Virus record (IMG/VR): IMGVR_UViG_3300037420_002497
Length of the DNA stretch: 64,000 bases
Reading direction: 5' to 3' (one strand)
Source of the DNA: a virus
The notes below the pieces were generated by a model that was given only the letters and a program-made list of their open reading frames with translations, was not told the origin of the DNA and did not search any database. The translations under genes were made by a program, and so were the position numbers. Positions 9,161 to 18,524 of this stretch are shown here, one piece after another. Numbering within the stretch: the first letter of the stretch is position 1; every line of letters begins with the position of its first letter.

Positions 9161-9415
9161 CTGATCAACATCAACACCACCGCCGCGCAGGTGGCAAAGC
9201 AGTTCGGTCCTGAGCTGAACATGGGCATCCTGTCCGAGAGGGACGGCATGGCCGCCCTGCTCTGGCTGGGGAGCCACGCCTACAGCAACACGGATCACGC
9301 CGCCCCGGAGTTCAGCAAGATCAGGGATGCCATCCGCGCCGATCGCGAGTACATGAAACACCTGCGCGAACTGGACGCCGCCGAGAACGCCGCCCGCGCC
9401 GCGCGCCGCGCCTGA
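9158..9415 (+). CDS. hypothetical protein (85 aa)
   Basis: flanked by the duplicated 64-bp sequence. Confidence 0.5.
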   Translation: MLININTTAAQVAKQFGPELNMGILSERDGMAALLWLGSHAYSNTDHAAPEFSKIRDAIRADREYMKHLRELDAAENAARAARRA

Positions 9416-9422
9416 CCCGTTT

Positions 9423-9486
9423 CGGCGGCTTCGTCCGCCACCACCCCAGCCGGCGAGGAGCCGGCCAGATCGAGGAGATCACCATG
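9423..9486 (+). repeat. 64-bp direct repeat copy 2
   Basis: matches 9097-9160. Confidence 0.6.
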
Positions 9487-10077
9487 ACCCGCACCGTTTC
9501 CCTGGTGGCCACCACCGAAGCCATCCAGCGCCACTTCCCGGGCTCGCGCGAGCCGTCCGGCAACTGCCGGCCCGGCATCATGTCCGCGCGCTTTGAGGTG
9601 GACCCCGAGAAGTGCACCAGCAAGTTCGGCCGGTGGCTGGCCGAGCGCGTCACCACCACCCGCTTCGACGACGACCGCGCCACGCTGAGCGTGACCCTGC
9701 GCGCCACCGAGGAGGATCTGCATGTGCGCGAGCTGGCGCAGCGCATCAGCTCCACGAGCGTGCGCGACGCGGACGACGCAGAGCGCCTGCACCAGCTGCT
9801 GCTCAAGTGGGTCGAGAAGCGCCGGGGCGTCATCGCCTGCTTCGGCGAGCATTGCTTCACGCCGCGCACCATCGACTTCGCATGGCCCGTGTACGGGTCG
9901 GCCATGGCCGAGCACCTGGACACCGTGGAGGCTTACTTCGACCTGTGCGCCAAGCGCATCCGGGGCCTGCGCCCGGCGCGCGTGCGCCTGTGGAACGGCG
10001 AGGAGCCGCCCGAGGCGCTGCAGGTGACGCAGAACCACCCCGTGGCCGCACCCGACATCCCGGCGCTGGGCGCCTGA
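9484..10077 (+). CDS. hypothetical protein (197 aa)
   Basis: ORF with GAGGAGATCACCATG start context. Confidence 0.6.
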   Translation: MTRTVSLVATTEAIQRHFPGSREPSGNCRPGIMSARFEVDPEKCTSKFGRWLAERVTTTRFDDDRATLSVTLRATEEDLHVRELAQRISSTSVRDADDAERLHQLLLKWVEKRRGVIACFGEHCFTPRTIDFAWPVYGSAMAEHLDTVEAYFDLCAKRIRGLRPARVRLWNGEEPPEALQVTQNHPVAAPDIPALGA

Positions 10078-10090
10078 GCAGGAGCATACC

Positions 10091-10375
10091 ATGACCCATC
10101 CGTCCTATGGCGCGAGCGGCCCCGCCATCCTGGCCAAGAGCTACCGCACGCCGACCGCTGCCGAGCGCCGCAAGATCCGCAGCAAGCTGCGCGGCATCGA
10201 CGCCGACCTGCAGCTGATCGTGCGCAAGGCGCCAGCCCCAGACGAGCCGCACTGCTGGGTTGAGGCGCCGGCCCGCTTCAACTCCTTCACGCACTACAGC
10301 CGCCGAGGCAAGGCCCAGCTCGCCTTCCGCGAAGTCATGGGCTGCACCATGGGCCAGGACAAGCCCCAAAGCTGA
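10091..10375 (+). CDS. hypothetical protein (94 aa)
   Basis: AGGAGCATACCATG start context; a terminator follows. Confidence 0.5.
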   Translation: MTHPSYGASGPAILAKSYRTPTAAERRKIRSKLRGIDADLQLIVRKAPAPDEPHCWVEAPARFNSFTHYSRRGKAQLAFREVMGCTMGQDKPQS

Positions 10376-10395
10376 CCGCTGAAGCTCCCGCCCAG

Positions 10396-10419
10396 CCCGG
10401 CCGCCGCCGGGCTTTTTTT
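10396..10419 (+). terminator. rho-independent terminator
   Basis: stem CCCGGCCGCCGCCGGG followed by TTTTTTT. Confidence 0.7.
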
Positions 10420-10454
10420 CGCCTGGGTCACCCCGCGAACGCGTGGCGAAGCGC

Positions 10455-10485
10455 TTGCCTTGATAGGCGCGCCGCCTATATGATC
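10455..10485 (+). promoter_or_regulatory. promoter-operator copy 4
   Basis: TTGCCT, then the palindrome at 10463-10479, then TATGAT; conserved leader. Confidence 0.6.
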
Positions 10486-10515
10486 AAGGCTCGCAACGAC
10501 GCACCGGAGAACACG

Positions 10516-10905
10516 ATGCCCTTCGTCATCTGCCCGACCTGCCGCAACAACGCATACGCCCGCAAGGGGGTCGCCGAGGCGACCTGCTTCCTGGACCACA
10601 CCTTCCCCGTGGCCGGCAACGAGCAGCCCAAGACCACCAGCGACCTGCTGCGCGATGAGGTCGAGGCGATCGCGGCCGAGTTCCCCGACCTGGGCCTGTC
10701 GTTCGGCTACATCGGCAATTGGGAGCGCGACTTCGATGGCCGCAGCTTCCGCGTGTTCACGAACCGCCAGGACGAGCACTTCCGCAGCTACTCGATGCAC
10801 CTGGGTGGCGCCGACTCCCTGGAGCGCGCCCTGGAGAGCTTCAAGGCCGGCGCGCTGCGCGCCTTCTGCGAGCGAGCCATGCAGCAGCAGCGCCGCTACT
10901 ACTGA
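10516..10905 (+). CDS. hypothetical protein with N-terminal CPTC zinc-knuckle-like motif (129 aa)
   Basis: start placed by analogy with the other cassettes (leader ...GGAGAACACGATG). Confidence 0.55.
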   Translation: MPFVICPTCRNNAYARKGVAEATCFLDHTFPVAGNEQPKTTSDLLRDEVEAIAAEFPDLGLSFGYIGNWERDFDGRSFRVFTNRQDEHFRSYSMHLGGADSLERALESFKAGALRAFCERAMQQQRRYY

Positions 10906-10946
10906 CCCCTTCCCCGCCTACCCGCACAACCACCAGGAGCCACACC

Positions 10947-11489
10947 ATGGAAACCATCACCAACTTGCACGCCGCGATCGAAGCCCACAAGCCGGCGCTG
11001 GCCGCCAGCTTCACCAGCCGCGTCGAGTCCATGTTCGGCTACCTCGTGTCCAAGTTCGGCGTGCGGATGGACGGCATCTACAACACCACCAGCGCCAAGG
11101 TGTGGCGTGAAACGCTGAGCCCGTTGTGCTCCCACACCCGGGCCAACGACCTGCGCCGCAGCGCCGAGTACCACCTCAACCCGGAGAAGGTGGCCAAGGC
11201 CGCCGCCGAGTACGCCAACCAGACCACCGCAGCCTGGGAAGCCAAGATCCAGGCCAAGCTGGGAGAGCTGGACAGCGCCACGGTGCACTGCCTGGAAGGC
11301 GTGCGCTTCCGCATCACCGGCACGCGCGCCGGCCGCGCCGTCGAGATCCAGCAGGACATGATCCTGAACGTGTCGGCCAAGGGAACGGTGTTCAACCAGT
11401 TCCCGGCGCGCATATACATCGACCGCAAGTTCACCAGCGAGACCGCCTACAAGCGGCTGTTCGCCCCCCAGCAAGCGCAGACCATCTGA
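10947..11489 (+). CDS. hypothetical protein (180 aa)
   Basis: CAGGAGCCACACCATG start context. Confidence 0.6.
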   Translation: METITNLHAAIEAHKPALAASFTSRVESMFGYLVSKFGVRMDGIYNTTSAKVWRETLSPLCSHTRANDLRRSAEYHLNPEKVAKAAAEYANQTTAAWEAKIQAKLGELDSATVHCLEGVRFRITGTRAGRAVEIQQDMILNVSAKGTVFNQFPARIYIDRKFTSETAYKRLFAPQQAQTI

Positions 11490-11548
11490 CCCCTGACCGA
11501 CCCGCCCGGCCGCCGCGCTGGGCCCTCCAGCACCGCCAGGAGACCGCC

Positions 11549-11737
11549 ATGAACGAACTGGTTGCCGCCCTCAACGCCGCCTTCGCCGGCACCCTCTATG
11601 CCGTCGAGGAGGACTACGGTGAACTGCTGTTCTCCCACCTGGACGAGCCCATCGACTTCGGCGAGCTGCCCGAGGAGCTGCAGCACGCCGCCAACGAGCT
11701 GCTGGCAGGCCCCTTCATCCACCTGCACCACGCCTGA
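11549..11737 (+). CDS. small acidic hypothetical protein (62 aa)
   Basis: CAGGAGACCGCCATG start context. Confidence 0.45.
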   Translation: MNELVAALNAAFAGTLYAVEEDYGELLFSHLDEPIDFGELPEELQHAANELLAGPFIHLHHA

Positions 11738-11744
11738 GCTGGCC

Positions 11745-11761
11745 CGTTGGACCGTCCAACA
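11745..11761. promoter_or_regulatory. dispersed palindrome site 1 (cGTTGGACCGTCCAACa), intergenic
   Basis: member of the 7-copy TGTTGGACNGTCCAACA family. Confidence 0.5.
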
Positions 11762-11795
11762 GCCGCCCCGTCCCCACCTACCGAGGAGCAAGACC

Positions 11796-12290
11796 ATGAG
11801 CACCACCTGGACCCCCATCGGCGGCCTAACGGAGAACCCCGGCGCGTGGAGCGACAACAACGGCGGGTTCATCTTCGTCGCCCGAAACGACGATGGCGTG
11901 ATCCGCCGGCAGTTCCGTCCCCACCCCTACCAGGGCGAGCCCTACACGCTCTACACCGGCGACCCCAAGGACCAGGGCGGGCCCAATGTGCCCGATGGCG
12001 CGGTCGCATTCCGGTCGCCGGAAAAGGCCGCCGCCCACCGCCGCAAGCTGGAGGAACAGGAAGCGCTCAAGGGTGTGACTTGGACGGCATCCGGGACGGT
12101 CAGGACAAAGGCCGCGAGCGTTGACGCCGCCATTCAAGCGGCGGCCGAGCATCTGCGCTATCGGCTTGATGGCGGCAGCGCCAGCGTGCGCGTCGATGGC
12201 GTGCTGGCCGCAGACATCGAGTGCTCTTACGCCACCGGCTGGGCCTTCAGGGTCGAGCGTCACAGCCAATGGGCCAAGAAGCGCGCCTGA
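11796..12290 (+). CDS. hypothetical protein (164 aa)
   Basis: GAGGAGCAAGACCATG start context. Confidence 0.55.
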   Translation: MSTTWTPIGGLTENPGAWSDNNGGFIFVARNDDGVIRRQFRPHPYQGEPYTLYTGDPKDQGGPNVPDGAVAFRSPEKAAAHRRKLEEQEALKGVTWTASGTVRTKAASVDAAIQAAAEHLRYRLDGGSASVRVDGVLAADIECSYATGWAFRVERHSQWAKKRA

Positions 12291-12320
12291 CCCCTTCCGC
12301 CGCTGCCCAGGAGCCACGCC

Positions 12321-12704
12321 ATGAGCAAGCCACGCCACGAGCACCGGCTGCACGAGCTGGTACGAAACGTCACCCAGGCGCAGGCCGACGCCTGGGCCAA
12401 GCGCTGCGACCGCAGCTTCGCGTTCTGCATTGAGCTGCTGGGCCTGTCCGTGGAGCGCCACGGGCTGGACTTCTGCGAAGCCTGGGCCGCTCGCCTGGAG
12501 GAGCGCTTCCAGGAGCTGGACGATGCCGCGTGGCGCGAATACTGCGCCGCCGATGACGCGTTCTGGGCCCAGCAGGAGCACACCATGCCCAGCTATCAGG
12601 ACTGGCTGCGCGACCAGGAGCCCGACCGACCCATCAGGGTGGACAGCTGGGCATTCGACCGGCACATGGAGCTGCAGCGCGAGCGCCTGGACGGCTACCG
12701 CTAA
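12321..12704 (+). CDS. hypothetical protein (127 aa)
   Basis: CAGGAGCCACGCCATG start context. Confidence 0.55.
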   Translation: MSKPRHEHRLHELVRNVTQAQADAWAKRCDRSFAFCIELLGLSVERHGLDFCEAWAARLEERFQELDDAAWREYCAADDAFWAQQEHTMPSYQDWLRDQEPDRPIRVDSWAFDRHMELQRERLDGYR

Positions 12705-12750
12705 ACCCACCCCTTCCCCGCTCACCCACAACACCCACAGGAGCCACCCC

Positions 12751-13185
12751 ATGGAAACCGTCACCCGCGACACCATCACCACCCAGACCCTGAGCGCCGA
12801 CGCCCTGCGCGAGCTGGTGCTGCTGGGCCTGAAGGCCAAACGCCCCAACGACCCCGTCATCGAGCTGCTGGAGATCAAGCCGGGCGAGCGCAACACCTAC
12901 GAGCTGACCCTGCGCCGCGCCCCGCAGGACGCCGACTTCGTGCGCGCGGTGCTGCACTTCCAGCCCGAGCACGTCGCGCAGGCACTCAACCAGCTGACCC
13001 AGGCGGGCCGGCTCTGGCTGGGCTTCACCAAGGCCGACATGGCGCGCGAGTACCGGCGCGCCTGCGCCCACACGCCGGGGCTGCTGCCCACCGGGGTGGC
13101 CGAGCGGCTGCGCCGGCTGGATCTGCAGCAGCTGGCGCAGTGCGCCCAAGCCTGCGAAGACGGCACCCCCTGGACCGGCGCCTGA
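12751..13185 (+). CDS. hypothetical protein (144 aa)
   Basis: CAGGAGCCACCCCATG start context. Confidence 0.55.
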   Translation: METVTRDTITTQTLSADALRELVLLGLKAKRPNDPVIELLEIKPGERNTYELTLRRAPQDADFVRAVLHFQPEHVAQALNQLTQAGRLWLGFTKADMAREYRRACAHTPGLLPTGVAERLRRLDLQQLAQCAQACEDGTPWTGA

Positions 13186-13201
13186 GCCCGAGGAGAGCAG
13201 C

Positions 13202-13468
13202 ATGCTGATCGGTTTTCTGGGGTGGTACGCCGAGGCGTGCCACAGCGCCAACTTCGCCGACCGGGGCACCCGCTACAACGTGCTCCACATCCTGGTGCCC
13301 AGGCTGGCGCGCGAACGGCGCGAGCTGCTGCAGGGGCTGGCCCAGCAGCGCAAGCACAGCCGCCCGCTGCCGCCCGAGTACCGGCGGCTGGTGCTGGAGG
13401 ACGTGGCCGACTGCCGCCGCGCCATCCAGGCCGCCCGGCGCCGCGCCCGGGAGCACGGCCATGGGTGA
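13202..13468 (+). CDS. hypothetical protein (88 aa)
   Basis: GAGGAGAGCAGCATG start context. Confidence 0.45.
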   Translation: MLIGFLGWYAEACHSANFADRGTRYNVLHILVPRLARERRELLQGLAQQRKHSRPLPPEYRRLVLEDVADCRRAIQAARRRAREHGHG

Positions 13469-13658
13469 GCTGGACGCCGCCCGCGAGCGGCTGCGGCGCG
13501 AGGCCCGGCTGCGCTGCGCCGAAGCCCTGCTGCGCCTGGGCGACCAGGGCAACGGCCCCGTGACGGTGCTGCTGTACGAGCTGCAGCGCATCCAGCGCAT
13601 GGCGCCGCACGAGCTGCTGGCGCAGCGCGCCCCCGAGCCCGAGCCGCAGCTCCTCTGA
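13461..13658 (+). CDS. hypothetical protein (65 aa)
   Basis: overlaps the upstream gene by 8 nt; a terminator follows. Confidence 0.4.
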   Translation: MGELDAARERLRREARLRCAEALLRLGDQGNGPVTVLLYELQRIQRMAPHELLAQRAPEPEPQLL

Positions 13659-13676
13659 CCCCTCCCGCCCCGCCCG

Positions 13677-13700
13677 CCCGGCCGACGCCGGGCTTTTTTT
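13677..13700 (+). terminator. rho-independent terminator
   Basis: stem CCCGGCCGACGCCGGG followed by TTTTTTT. Confidence 0.7.
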
Positions 13701-13737
13701 CGTCCGCGCGCGACCCCCTTGAATGCGGGGACAAATA

Positions 13738-13768
13738 CTTGCGCAGATAGGCGCGCCGCCTATATGAT
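13738..13768 (+). promoter_or_regulatory. promoter-operator copy 5
   Basis: TTGCGC, then the palindrome at about 13746-13762, then TATGAT. Confidence 0.55.
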
Positions 13769-13845
13769 GTGTCCATCGCAGCAAACAAAGCAGCGACGCC
13801 GAAACAGCCTCCCGGCGCCAGGAGGCAGATCCCAGGAGCCACACC

Positions 13846-14763
13846 ATGTACGAAGCCATCACCCCCGCCGCCCGTTTTGGTCGCGACGCCACGGTGATCC
13901 GCAAGGACCGCGCCCTGACAACCGATGAGCTGCGCGCCGTGGTCCCGTCCCTGTTCGCCCCAGGCGCTCACGAAAGCCGCTCGCAGCGCTACACCTACAT
14001 CCCCACCATTGATGTCCTGAACGAGCTGCGCAAGGAGGGCTTCATGCCCTTCAAGGCGATGCAGTCCAAGTGCCGCGACGTGTCTAAGCGCGAGTACACC
14101 AAGCACGCGCTGTGGCTGCGCCACACCTCGCAGTACGACCGGGGCCAGCTCAAGCAGGTGGGCGATTCGGTGCACGAGATCGTGCTGCTCAACAGCCATG
14201 ACGGCACCAGCGCCTACCAGATGAAGGCCGGCGTGTTCCGCTTGATCTGCACCAACGGCATGGTGGTCAGCGACGGCGCGGTGCAGGACATCCGCGTGCC
14301 GCACAAGGGGGACGTGGGGCATGAGGTGATGCGCGGCGCTTTCGAGGTGCTGGACGGCTTCACCCGCGTGGTGGGCCCCAAGGTCGAAGACATGCGTCGC
14401 ATCACGCTCAGCGAGGAGGAGCAGACCATCATGGCCGACGCCGCCCTGATGCTGCGCTTCGATGACCCGAGCCGGCCGGCGCCCGTCACCGCCAACGACA
14501 TCAACGTGCCGCGCCGCTGGGAGGATCGGGGCAACAGCCTGTGGCTGACTGCCAACCGCTTTCAGGAGAACCTGACCAAAGGCGGGCTGGATGGCCGCAA
14601 CGCGCGCGGCAAGCAGATGAAGACCCGCCCGGTGCAGGGCCTGGATCGCGACGTGGGCCTGCAGTCGGCGCTGTGGCAGCTCACCGAGCGCATGCGTGCC
14701 CTCAAGAACGGCGAGCCCATCCCCGAGATGGCGCGCCCGGCTGAGGATCTGGTCGCCGCCTAA
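13846..14763 (+). CDS. DUF932-family protein (305 aa), a family typical of plasmids and ICEs
   Basis: motifs YTYIPT, WLRHTSQ and LLNSHDGTSAY...RLICTNGMV recognised from memory of the DUF932 family. Confidence 0.65.
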   Translation: MYEAITPAARFGRDATVIRKDRALTTDELRAVVPSLFAPGAHESRSQRYTYIPTIDVLNELRKEGFMPFKAMQSKCRDVSKREYTKHALWLRHTSQYDRGQLKQVGDSVHEIVLLNSHDGTSAYQMKAGVFRLICTNGMVVSDGAVQDIRVPHKGDVGHEVMRGAFEVLDGFTRVVGPKVEDMRRITLSEEEQTIMADAALMLRFDDPSRPAPVTANDINVPRRWEDRGNSLWLTANRFQENLTKGGLDGRNARGKQMKTRPVQGLDRDVGLQSALWQLTERMRALKNGEPIPEMARPAEDLVAA

Positions 14764-14818
14764 GCAGTCCGGCCCGGCCGCCGCGCCGGGCCCTTCCATC
14801 ACCACCCCGGAGAGCGCC

Positions 14819-15103
14819 GTGAGCACGATCAAATTTTTGACCCTGGAACACCTGCGCGTGATCCTTGGCACCGCCGCCGCGATCGCAAAGAGCCCGTCGC
14901 GGCGTGGCGCCGGGTGGCTGCCCGCAGCCATCACCAGCAGCGTGCCGCGCCGCACCGGCGGCGAGGTGGGGCGCTGGGACGACAACGCCGAGGCGCGCCG
15001 CCTGGACACGGACGCCCGGCGCGCCCTGGACGCTGGCGACCGCCTTGGCGCCGCCAGCATCCTGAGCAAGCTGCTTGAGCTGCAGCGCGGCGCAGGACGA
15101 TGA
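14819..15103 (+). CDS. hypothetical protein (94 aa), GTG start
   Basis: GGAGAG sits 5 nt upstream of the GTG; a GC hairpin plus the CCCTTCC motif lie upstream. Confidence 0.4.
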   Translation: MSTIKFLTLEHLRVILGTAAAIAKSPSRRGAGWLPAAITSSVPRRTGGEVGRWDDNAEARRLDTDARRALDAGDRLGAASILSKLLELQRGAGR

Positions 15104-15447
15104 GCAAGCCGCCCCGCAAGCAGCTGGTGACGTACCGAGAAGGCCGCAAGGCCCGGTGCCAGCACAAGAGCCCCTGCAGCGACTGCCCCTGGAGCCGCAA
15201 GGCGCTACCGGGATGGCTGGGCGGCGAGCGCGCCCAGGAGTGGCTGCGCATCGCGCACGGCGAGGACACGGTGGAGTGCCACACGCTGCACGGCGCGCAG
15301 TGCGCCGGCATGGCGATCTACCGGCGAAACGTGGTCAAGAACCCGCGCAACCCCGAGGCGCTGCGACTGGAGGCTGACCGCGAGACCGTGTTCGCCACAC
15401 CGATCGAGTTTCTGGACCACCACACGCTGACAAAGCAAGGAGATTGA
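15100..15447 (+). CDS. Cys-rich hypothetical protein (115 aa)
   Basis: ATGA stop-start overlap with the upstream gene; CSDCPW motif. Confidence 0.5.
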   Translation: MSKPPRKQLVTYREGRKARCQHKSPCSDCPWSRKALPGWLGGERAQEWLRIAHGEDTVECHTLHGAQCAGMAIYRRNVVKNPRNPEALRLEADRETVFATPIEFLDHHTLTKQGD

Positions 15448-15448
15448 C

Positions 15449-16036
15449 ATGGCAACTTGGCTTGGCTCTCGCGCATGGCACTGCGGCAACCCCGAGTGCC
15501 CCGAAGGCGGCTGGCACAAGGCGAGCTACGAGCACGACACCGCCACCGACACCTTCACGGTGGACGAATACTCGGACGGCAAGACCGAGGAGATAGATGA
15601 GGGTGAGGTGCCCGGCCAGCTGGCGCTGGATGCCTCGTGGATGGCGTACAGCATCGACGTGGCCCGCACCGGCGCCGACCCGCTGCACGCCTTCCCGGTG
15701 CCCCGCACCAACCCCACCGCCGAGTGGTGGGAAATCTGCGTGCAGCCGGCCCCCAACGGCATGGCCAACCTCCTGGGCGCGCGCCCGTTCGGCGCCCAGA
15801 CAGCCACGGCACCGCTGCCGCTGTGCGTTGCCGAGAGCCTGGGCGTGATCCCGGACACCGGCACGCTGCGCACGCCCTGGGCCCAGCTGCAGGTCGCCGG
15901 GCCGCCGCTGGTCGCCAACCAGTGGCACCTCGTCCAGCTGATGGTGCAGCGCGATCGCCCGGCCGAGCAGGTGGAGCACGAGCTGAAGCTGGCCGCCTGC
16001 GACTTCATCGCCCAGCGGCGCAACGCCAAAGCCTGA
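15449..16036 (+). CDS. hypothetical protein (195 aa)
   Basis: starts immediately after the previous stop codon. Confidence 0.55.
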   Translation: MATWLGSRAWHCGNPECPEGGWHKASYEHDTATDTFTVDEYSDGKTEEIDEGEVPGQLALDASWMAYSIDVARTGADPLHAFPVPRTNPTAEWWEICVQPAPNGMANLLGARPFGAQTATAPLPLCVAESLGVIPDTGTLRTPWAQLQVAGPPLVANQWHLVQLMVQRDRPAEQVEHELKLAACDFIAQRRNAKA

Positions 16037-16064
16037 CCCCTTCCGCCGCTGCCAGGAGAACAGC

Positions 16065-16283
16065 ATGCATATCGAGAACCCCACCCCCGAGCAGCAGCGC
16101 CTGCTGCAGCACGCCCAGGAATGGCGTGACTACGCCGCCACCGCCAGCCCGGAGGGCTTGGCCCGCACCTGCCTGGACGCCGCCAAGGCGCTGGAGATGC
16201 AGGCGCAGGACGGCATCGCCCGCTGCAGCTGCTGCTTCAAGCCCCGCTCGCGCGGCATGTGGGACGGCCACTTCGACCGTTGA
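16065..16283 (+). CDS. hypothetical protein (72 aa)
   Basis: CAGGAGAACAGCATG start context. Confidence 0.45.
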   Translation: MHIENPTPEQQRLLQHAQEWRDYAATASPEGLARTCLDAAKALEMQAQDGIARCSCCFKPRSRGMWDGHFDR

Positions 16284-16297
16284 CCTGGAGACCACCC

Positions 16298-16462
16298 GTG
16301 AAGATGAAATGCGCATGGTGCGGCCTGGAGCTGGAGACCACCCGCAAGAACCGCCCGAAGCAGCACCGCAACGGCACCACGACCTGCGTGGGCAGCGGGC
16401 AGGAGCGCGCGATCCACGAGCGGCTGCGCGCCGCCGCTGCAGCAGCACACAAGCAGAAGTAA
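16298..16462 (+). CDS. small zinc-ribbon protein (about 54 aa)
   Basis: CAWCG...C motif; GGAGA lies 6 nt upstream of the GTG (an alternative ATG is at 16304). Confidence 0.4.
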   Translation: MKMKCAWCGLELETTRKNRPKQHRNGTTTCVGSGQERAIHERLRAAAAAAHKQK

Positions 16463-16482
16463 GCCACCCCAGGAGATCCCCT

Positions 16483-16776
16483 ATGAACACGCAAGCCACC
16501 CAACCCAACCGCAAGCCGCTGGCTCCCACCTGGGGCGGCATCGTGCACCTGCTGGCCGAGGTGTCCGTCACGGCCGAAAGCATCGAGGCCCGCCGGCAGG
16601 CCAGGACCGAGCTGCAGCGGCTGGCGCGCATCGCCGACGCGCTGGCGCCTGCCCTGGCTGAAGCACTGCAGGGCTTCCTGGACCAGTACGAGGGCACCGA
16701 TGCCGAGTTCCCCGCCCTGACCCAAGGCCGGGCCGCCATGAAGCTGTTCAACGAGATCCGCAAGCCCAAGGACTGA
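16483..16776 (+). CDS. hypothetical protein (97 aa)
   Basis: CAGGAGATCCCCTATG start context. Confidence 0.5.
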   Translation: MNTQATQPNRKPLAPTWGGIVHLLAEVSVTAESIEARRQARTELQRLARIADALAPALAEALQGFLDQYEGTDAEFPALTQGRAAMKLFNEIRKPKD

Positions 16777-16832
16777 CCCCTTCCCCGGTTGGCGCTGCCA
16801 ACCCTTCCCCCGCCACCAACAGGAGCCACACC

Positions 16833-17447
16833 ATGAGCCAGAAATCCGTCAGCGTCGCCATCAGCAACGGCCAGATGCGCGTGCAGTGCCCGTTCAATGA
16901 GCTGTTCATCGGCAGCGCCCACAAGAGCACGGGAACCTGGGATCGCATCAGCAAGTGCTGGGTGTTTGACGCGCGCAACGAGGTGCCGGTGCGCAAGTTG
17001 CTCGCCAAATACTTCGGCACCGATGGCGACTCCATTCCCGACGTGGTTTCGCTGCGCGTGCGGTACGCAGCCGGCGAAGGCGTGACACGCGGCCCCATCA
17101 CCCTGTTCGGCCGCATCATCGCCCGCGCCGAGGACCGCGACGGCGGCGCCGAAGTGGGCTCGGGCGTGCTGGTGGAGAGTGGAGGCTTCACCAGCGGCGG
17201 CAGTCGCGCGAACTGGTGCACCGAAGCCGATCGCCAGGGCGCCGTGGTGGTGCTGCACGACTTCCCGCGCAAGCGTGCGCTGCAGCTGGTGGAGTCGGAC
17301 CCCAAGAGCTACGAGATCGTGAAGCCCGAGCAGCCCACCATCGACGTGGAAGGGCTGACCGCCGAGCGCCAGCGGCTGGCCGCACGCATCGCCGAGATCG
17401 ACGCCGCCCTGGCCACCGCCAGCATCGTCAAGAAAGCCTCAGCCTGA
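16833..17447 (+). CDS. hypothetical protein (204 aa)
   Basis: CAGGAGCCACACCATG start context. Confidence 0.6.
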   Translation: MSQKSVSVAISNGQMRVQCPFNELFIGSAHKSTGTWDRISKCWVFDARNEVPVRKLLAKYFGTDGDSIPDVVSLRVRYAAGEGVTRGPITLFGRIIARAEDRDGGAEVGSGVLVESGGFTSGGSRANWCTEADRQGAVVVLHDFPRKRALQLVESDPKSYEIVKPEQPTIDVEGLTAERQRLAARIAEIDAALATASIVKKASA

Positions 17448-17458
17448 AGGAGCCAGCC

Positions 17459-17776
17459 ATGGAATCCGACCTGCTACTGGTGGCCGACCACGCCCTGACG
17501 CCCGACGAGCGCAAGCTGTTCCTGGACCGCTTCACTGCCGTCAACCGCCACTATCGCGGCGCCCATGTGGCGGACGTGCTGGAAGTGCTGTACGACACCG
17601 ACGCCTATTGCGGCCACGTCGAGCAGTTCCTGCAGGAGCACCCGGAAGTGCCCGGCGAGGTCGGGGCCCTGGCCCTGCTGTGCGCGATCCTCCTCTACAA
17701 CGGCCCCGGCGAGCCCACCGACGCCCAGGCGCTGGCGCTGGCCGATCGCATCACCAAGGCCGCCGCCCGCGACTGA
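17459..17776 (+). CDS. hypothetical protein (105 aa)
   Basis: GAAGGAGCCAGCCATG start context. Confidence 0.5.
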   Translation: MESDLLLVADHALTPDERKLFLDRFTAVNRHYRGAHVADVLEVLYDTDAYCGHVEQFLQEHPEVPGEVGALALLCAILLYNGPGEPTDAQALALADRITKAAARD

Positions 17777-17835
17777 CCCCTTCCGGGGGAATCGGCCGCC
17801 TATCCCCCGAGGCAGGTGGGGGCACGGCGGGCTCT

Positions 17836-17856
17836 TAGGCGCGGCGCCTATACTGC
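17836..17856 (+). promoter_or_regulatory. promoter-operator copy 6 (variant: palindrome TAGGCGC-G-GCGCCTA, -10 TATACT)
   Basis: has a 1-nt spacer instead of 3, but the same half-sites. Confidence 0.5.
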
Positions 17857-17886
17857 GCCCGAAGACCACAGCACCAGGAGCACACC

Positions 17887-18165
17887 ATGGCAGGCCCCCA
17901 CCGCCATCGCGGCCCACACACCGTGGAGCTGGGCGAAGGCTGGCAGGAGTTCATGACCCCGCAGCAGGCCCCGCAGGGCTGGCAGATGCTGGGCACGATC
18001 CACCGGGTGGAGGCCGGCAAGGGCGCCCTGGTGCTGTCCCCCAAGGGCGAGTATTTCTGCGGCAAGGGCATCACCCTGGAGCCGCTGATTCATCGCAAGG
18101 TCGAGGGCGCGCTGCGCGCCGCCGGCCACATGCCACCCAGGAAGGACAGGAGCGTCACCCCATGA
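17887..18165 (+). CDS. hypothetical protein (92 aa)
   Basis: CAGGAGCACACCATG start context. Confidence 0.5.
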   Translation: MAGPHRHRGPHTVELGEGWQEFMTPQQAPQGWQMLGTIHRVEAGKGALVLSPKGEYFCGKGITLEPLIHRKVEGALRAAGHMPPRKDRSVTP

Positions 18166-18524
18166 GCACCGCCACCATCGAACAGCCGAAGGCCGCCAGC
18201 CGGCCCAAGCGCCGCCTCAACCGCATCCAGGTGCCGTACCTGCCGACGCCCGAGCCCGAGCGCGTGCGCGCGCTGCGCCTGGAGCTGGGCCTGACCCACA
18301 AGCAAATGGCCAAGCTGCTGCACCTGTACGACGCCCAGGCCGCCACCCGCTACGAGCGCACGGACGAGGCCGGCGAGTCGGGCTACTCGCTGCACCCCTG
18401 CGCCTGGGACTTGCTGAACCTGTATCACGGCACCAACCCGAAGTTCGTGCTGGTCAACCGCGAGGTGGCCGAAGCCCTTGGCCTGCCGAAGCGGCCGAAG
18501 CTCGACAGCGCGCTGGAGAGCTGA
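18162..18524 (+). CDS. putative HTH DNA-binding protein (120 aa)
   Basis: ATGA overlap with the upstream gene; segment LRLELGLTHKQMAKLL resembles an XRE-type HTH. Confidence 0.45.
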   Translation: MSTATIEQPKAASRPKRRLNRIQVPYLPTPEPERVRALRLELGLTHKQMAKLLHLYDAQAATRYERTDEAGESGYSLHPCAWDLLNLYHGTNPKFVLVNREVAEALGLPKRPKLDSALES

